DNA of 64,000 nucleotides from a virus: IMG/VR virus record IMGVR_UViG_3300037876_000116, positions 92,520 to 156,519 of that record; one strand, 5' to 3'. Shown piece by piece: positions 61,246 to 64,000 of this stretch (position 1 is its first letter; each line of letters starts with the position of its first letter). The notes under the pieces were generated by a model. It saw only the letters and a program-made list of their open reading frames with translations, ran no database searches and was not told where the DNA came from. The position numbers and the translations under genes were made by a program.

Positions 61246-61504
61246 TGTAGTATATAATTATTACCATGGGATCCGACGCTATGGAGTTGTTAAAGCTATT
61301 GAGAAATCTTCAGACGGATGGTCTTACTGCACCGTCCGCTGGTTTAACGACGAAGTTTATCAGCGAGCCATAGAGGATAGAAAAAAGCTCATTGATAAAA
61401 AATGGGATCTAGATTTGTACAGGGTAGATTTTTTACAAAAAATAGATTTACACAAAGAGCTATCAACTCTTGAAGATGTCCGACATTATTTAAATCACCC
61501 ATAG
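61232..61504 (+). CDS. Hypothetical SH3-like protein
   Basis: ATG at 61232; KTGDVV..YGVV..VRWF. Confidence 0.6.
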   Translation: MKTGDVVYNYYHGIRRYGVVKAIEKSSDGWSYCTVRWFNDEVYQRAIEDRKKLIDKKWDLDLYRVDFLQKIDLHKELSTLEDVRHYLNHP

Positions 61505-61506
61505 TA

Positions 61507-61514
61507 TCTACTTA
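61507..61514 (+). promoter_or_regulatory. Putative late motif TCTACTTA (leaderless position)
   Basis: 4 nt before the ATG at 61519. Confidence 0.45.
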
Positions 61515-61518
61515 TAGT

Positions 61519-62826
61519 ATGGACTTCCCCTGGAGACATTTCAGAGACGATGAGTGGTGGCGTCAAATCCCTGCTTGGAAGGACGTAGACTACAAAACTT
61601 TCATTGATCACAAGTGGCAAGAAAAGAACGCCATAACCAATCACAAGAAACTTTTAAAAACAATACAAGAGCTTGTGAACCAGGACTTCCTAGAAGACGC
61701 CAAAAATGGCTTTCTAAAAGCTCCAATGGCTATAAGGGTGTCTCCCTATCTATTATCGCTAATGTCCTGGGAAACGCCCGATACTTGCCCGATACGGCGA
61801 CAATTCTTACCCCTTGCCTCACAACTCCAACCAGACCATCCAATGTTGAGGTTCGATAGTTTAAATGAACAAAAAGACTCGCCAGTTAAGGGACTCACTC
61901 ACCGCTACCAAGATAAGGTTTTATTCTTGGCTCTTGATACTTGTCCTGTCTATTGTCGCTTCTGCACTCGTGCTTACGCGGTGGGTTCAAACACAGCCAC
62001 AGCAGAAAAAGTATCCATCAAAGCATCAAAAGAAAGATGGACAGACATATTCAAATACTTGCGCGAGCATAAAGAAGTAGAGGATGTGGTAATATCTGGA
62101 GGTGATGCTTATCGCCTCAAAGCATCGCAGATAAAAGAAATAGGCGATGAACTTTTAAAGATAGACCATATAAGACGCTTCCGTTTCGCGACCAAAGGGC
62201 TCTCTGTTATGCCCATGAAACTTTTAACAGACCCAGCGTGGACAGATGCGGTGGCTTCAATCGCCAACAAAGCTAGAAGCCAATACAAAGAGGTCTGTAT
62301 CCATACACACTTTAATCACGCCAACGAATTAACCAATATTACAAAGGAGGCTATGGATCTTTTAATGTGCAAAGGCGTGAGAGTGAGAAACCAGACAGTA
62401 TTTCAGAAGGGCGTCAACGATACACCTGAAGCCATGATAGACTTAGTGAGAAGAATGAGCTATGCCAACGTCCAGCCCTACTATGTCTATGTCCATGACC
62501 TTACAGCAGGAACAGAAGACATGAGAACATCAGTTCAAACAGCGCTCGACGTTGAGAAACATGTACGAGGCGTGACTGCTGGCTTCAATACTCCCACCTT
62601 CGTTGTAGATGCTCCAGGTGGAGGAGGCAAACGCTGTGCTCACTCCTTTGAACACTACGATCGAGAGACAGGCATCTCTGTGTATACAGCCCCGAGCGTC
62701 AAGCCAGGGCAAAAGTTTCTTTATTTCGACCCTATTCATTCGCTGTCTGAGGATAAACAAATCGCTTGGACAAAGAAGGAGTTTCAGGAAGAAATGGTAA
62801 GAAATGCCTTAAGAGCAGCAAAATAA
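61519..62826 (+). CDS. kamA: KamA-family radical-SAM/PLP aminomutase (lysine 2,3-aminomutase-like)
   Basis: CPVYCRFCTR, VVISGGD, HTHFNHANE, NQTV, QPYY, PTFVVDAPGGGGK (PLP Lys). Confidence 0.9.
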   Translation: MDFPWRHFRDDEWWRQIPAWKDVDYKTFIDHKWQEKNAITNHKKLLKTIQELVNQDFLEDAKNGFLKAPMAIRVSPYLLSLMSWETPDTCPIRRQFLPLASQLQPDHPMLRFDSLNEQKDSPVKGLTHRYQDKVLFLALDTCPVYCRFCTRAYAVGSNTATAEKVSIKASKERWTDIFKYLREHKEVEDVVISGGDAYRLKASQIKEIGDELLKIDHIRRFRFATKGLSVMPMKLLTDPAWTDAVASIANKARSQYKEVCIHTHFNHANELTNITKEAMDLLMCKGVRVRNQTVFQKGVNDTPEAMIDLVRRMSYANVQPYYVYVHDLTAGTEDMRTSVQTALDVEKHVRGVTAGFNTPTFVVDAPGGGGKRCAHSFEHYDRETGISVYTAPSVKPGQKFLYFDPIHSLSEDKQIAWTKKEFQEEMVRNALRAAK

Positions 62827-62827
62827 C

Positions 62828-62855
62828 TTGAATTGCATAATAAGGTTCCTATAAT
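62828..62855 (+). promoter_or_regulatory. Promoter TTGAAT-16-TATAAT (leaderless position)
   Basis: -10 ends 6 nt before the ATG at 62862. Confidence 0.7.
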
Positions 62856-62861
62856 CAAGCT

Positions 62862-63821
62862 ATGAAAAACTTAGGCTACGCTTGTATCAATATGCAGTTA
62901 TCTTACCCTACTGAGTGGGGCAACCAACCACGCGGCACTGAACGTATCACCACAAATCGTTCGATGATACGCCGTACTTATGACGCCAAGGGCATTGCTT
63001 ATACCTCCGAGCTTTCACTTCTCAATGTCCAAGACCTTGAGCGTGTGATTGATTGGAACGAAGCAAACGATATTAAGTTTTATCGTATGTCCTCTAACGT
63101 ATTCCCCTGGGCTTCAGAACATGGTATCGAGAATTTACCAGACTATGGACAGATCTGCGAGCTGCTCAAGCGCTGCGGTGACAAAGCTACAGCCTATGGT
63201 CAGCGTATTACTACGCACCCAGGACCTTTCAACAAACTTACATCGCCTAGAGAACAGGTTGTACTTAACACTATCAAAGACCTAGAAATACACGGTCAAT
63301 TGTTTGACCTCATGGGCTTGCCAAGGACACCCTATGCGAAGATCAACATTCACGTCGGTGCTCATTATAACGACAAACCGCTTGCTATTGATAACTTTTG
63401 TAATAATTTCTTACGGCTATCTGATGGGGTACGATCCCGCCTTACGGTTGAGAATGATGATAAGCCGTCTCTTTATTCGACTAGAGAACTTTACGATGAT
63501 GTGTATTCGCGTATTGGTATACCCATTGTCCATGACTTTCACCATCATGAATTTTGTACGGGCGGGTTGGATCAGGAAGAGGCGCTCTTACTTGCTGCGA
63601 CGACTTGGGGTGATGTCACGCCAGTCACGCACTACTCGCAATCGCGCTCAGTAGAACATAACGACCCTAAGATCAAACCGCAAGCACACTCAGATTCTTA
63701 CTGGGAGCCAGTCAATACCTATGATTTACCAGTCGATGTTATGCTTGAGTGCAAGCACAAAGAGATTGGCTTGTACCAGATGCAAAAGCTTTTGCAAGAA
63801 CAACAACAAAAAGCTGCTTAG
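62862..63821 (+). CDS. uvsE: UV damage endonuclease
   Basis: LGYACIN, FYRMSS, TTHPGPF, INIHVG, LTVENDD, DFHHH, HYSQS, AHSD, MLECKHKE. Confidence 0.93.
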   Translation: MKNLGYACINMQLSYPTEWGNQPRGTERITTNRSMIRRTYDAKGIAYTSELSLLNVQDLERVIDWNEANDIKFYRMSSNVFPWASEHGIENLPDYGQICELLKRCGDKATAYGQRITTHPGPFNKLTSPREQVVLNTIKDLEIHGQLFDLMGLPRTPYAKINIHVGAHYNDKPLAIDNFCNNFLRLSDGVRSRLTVENDDKPSLYSTRELYDDVYSRIGIPIVHDFHHHEFCTGGLDQEEALLLAATTWGDVTPVTHYSQSRSVEHNDPKIKPQAHSDSYWEPVNTYDLPVDVMLECKHKEIGLYQMQKLLQEQQQKAA

Positions 63822-63824
63822 ACC

Positions 63825-63852
63825 TTGAATAGTTTAAATTTGTTCTTATAAT
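63825..63852 (+). promoter_or_regulatory. Promoter TTGAAT-16-TATAAT (leaderless position)
   Basis: -10 ends 6 nt before the ATG at 63859. Confidence 0.7.
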
Positions 63853-63858
63853 ATGTGT

Positions 63859-64000
63859 ATGACTGAAAACAATATAATAAAGTTAGGAGACTCTAGAGAT
63901 TTACTTTTAGAATTAAAAGAAAGAAGTGTTCAAAGTATTTACTTTGACCCTCCTTTTAATTCAAGTAGGATATATTCGCTTTCTACAGAAGATAATCTTG
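63859..64000 (+). CDS. N6-adenine/N4-cytosine DNA methyltransferase, beta class (5' partial)
   Basis: IKLGDSRDLL...SVQSIYFDPPFNS; runs off the window. Confidence 0.75.
   Translation, partial: MTENNIIKLGDSRDLLLELKERSVQSIYFDPPFNSSRIYSLSTEDNL

Noticed and set aside
1-64000. Alternative genetic code (TAG or TGA reassignment)
   Set aside because: Long conserved genes are intact under the standard code, and TAG, TGA and TAA all end genes at sensible positions.

Overview
A 64-kb segment of a large, AT-rich, contractile-tailed (myovirus-type, probably jumbo-class) dsDNA bacteriophage genome. It is not a cellular chromosome. Every credible gene is on the + strand and uses the standard code. Layout: neck, tail and baseplate morphogenesis (0.1-18.8 kb); a PolA-like polymerase and a tubulin/FtsZ homologue; replication and recombination genes (gp32-like SSB, RecA, 5'-3' exonuclease, DnaB-like helicase, class II RNR, DnaE); then a mosaic of putative head-packaged proteins, proteostasis genes (GroES, GroEL, FKBP, ClpP, peptide deformylase), auxiliary metabolic genes (cysteine synthase, PEP carboxykinase, GuaB/GMPR-like, short PurA, KamA-family aminomutase, PAP2), two DNA methyltransferases, UvsE and two tRNAs. 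Structure not shown by the ORF track: (1) a four-copy intergenic 32-nt element with H-type pseudoknot potential; (2) a +1/-2 frameshift extension of the tail assembly chaperone; (3) an unannotated 31-aa peptide with 10 Cys in a late operon with cysK; (4) two promoter classes (TTGAAN-16-TATAAT and (C)TANTTA), many placed to give leaderless mRNAs; (5) a family of proteins with an MKI(T/S)KxxLxxII(K/T/R)EE leader and a polyprotein punctuated by Glu-rich putative cleavage sites; (6) a late-promoter PD-(D/E)XK nuclease-like gene coupled to dam; (7) a 19-bp inverted-repeat hairpin element. All family assignments come from motif recognition by eye. No database search or folding computation was run.
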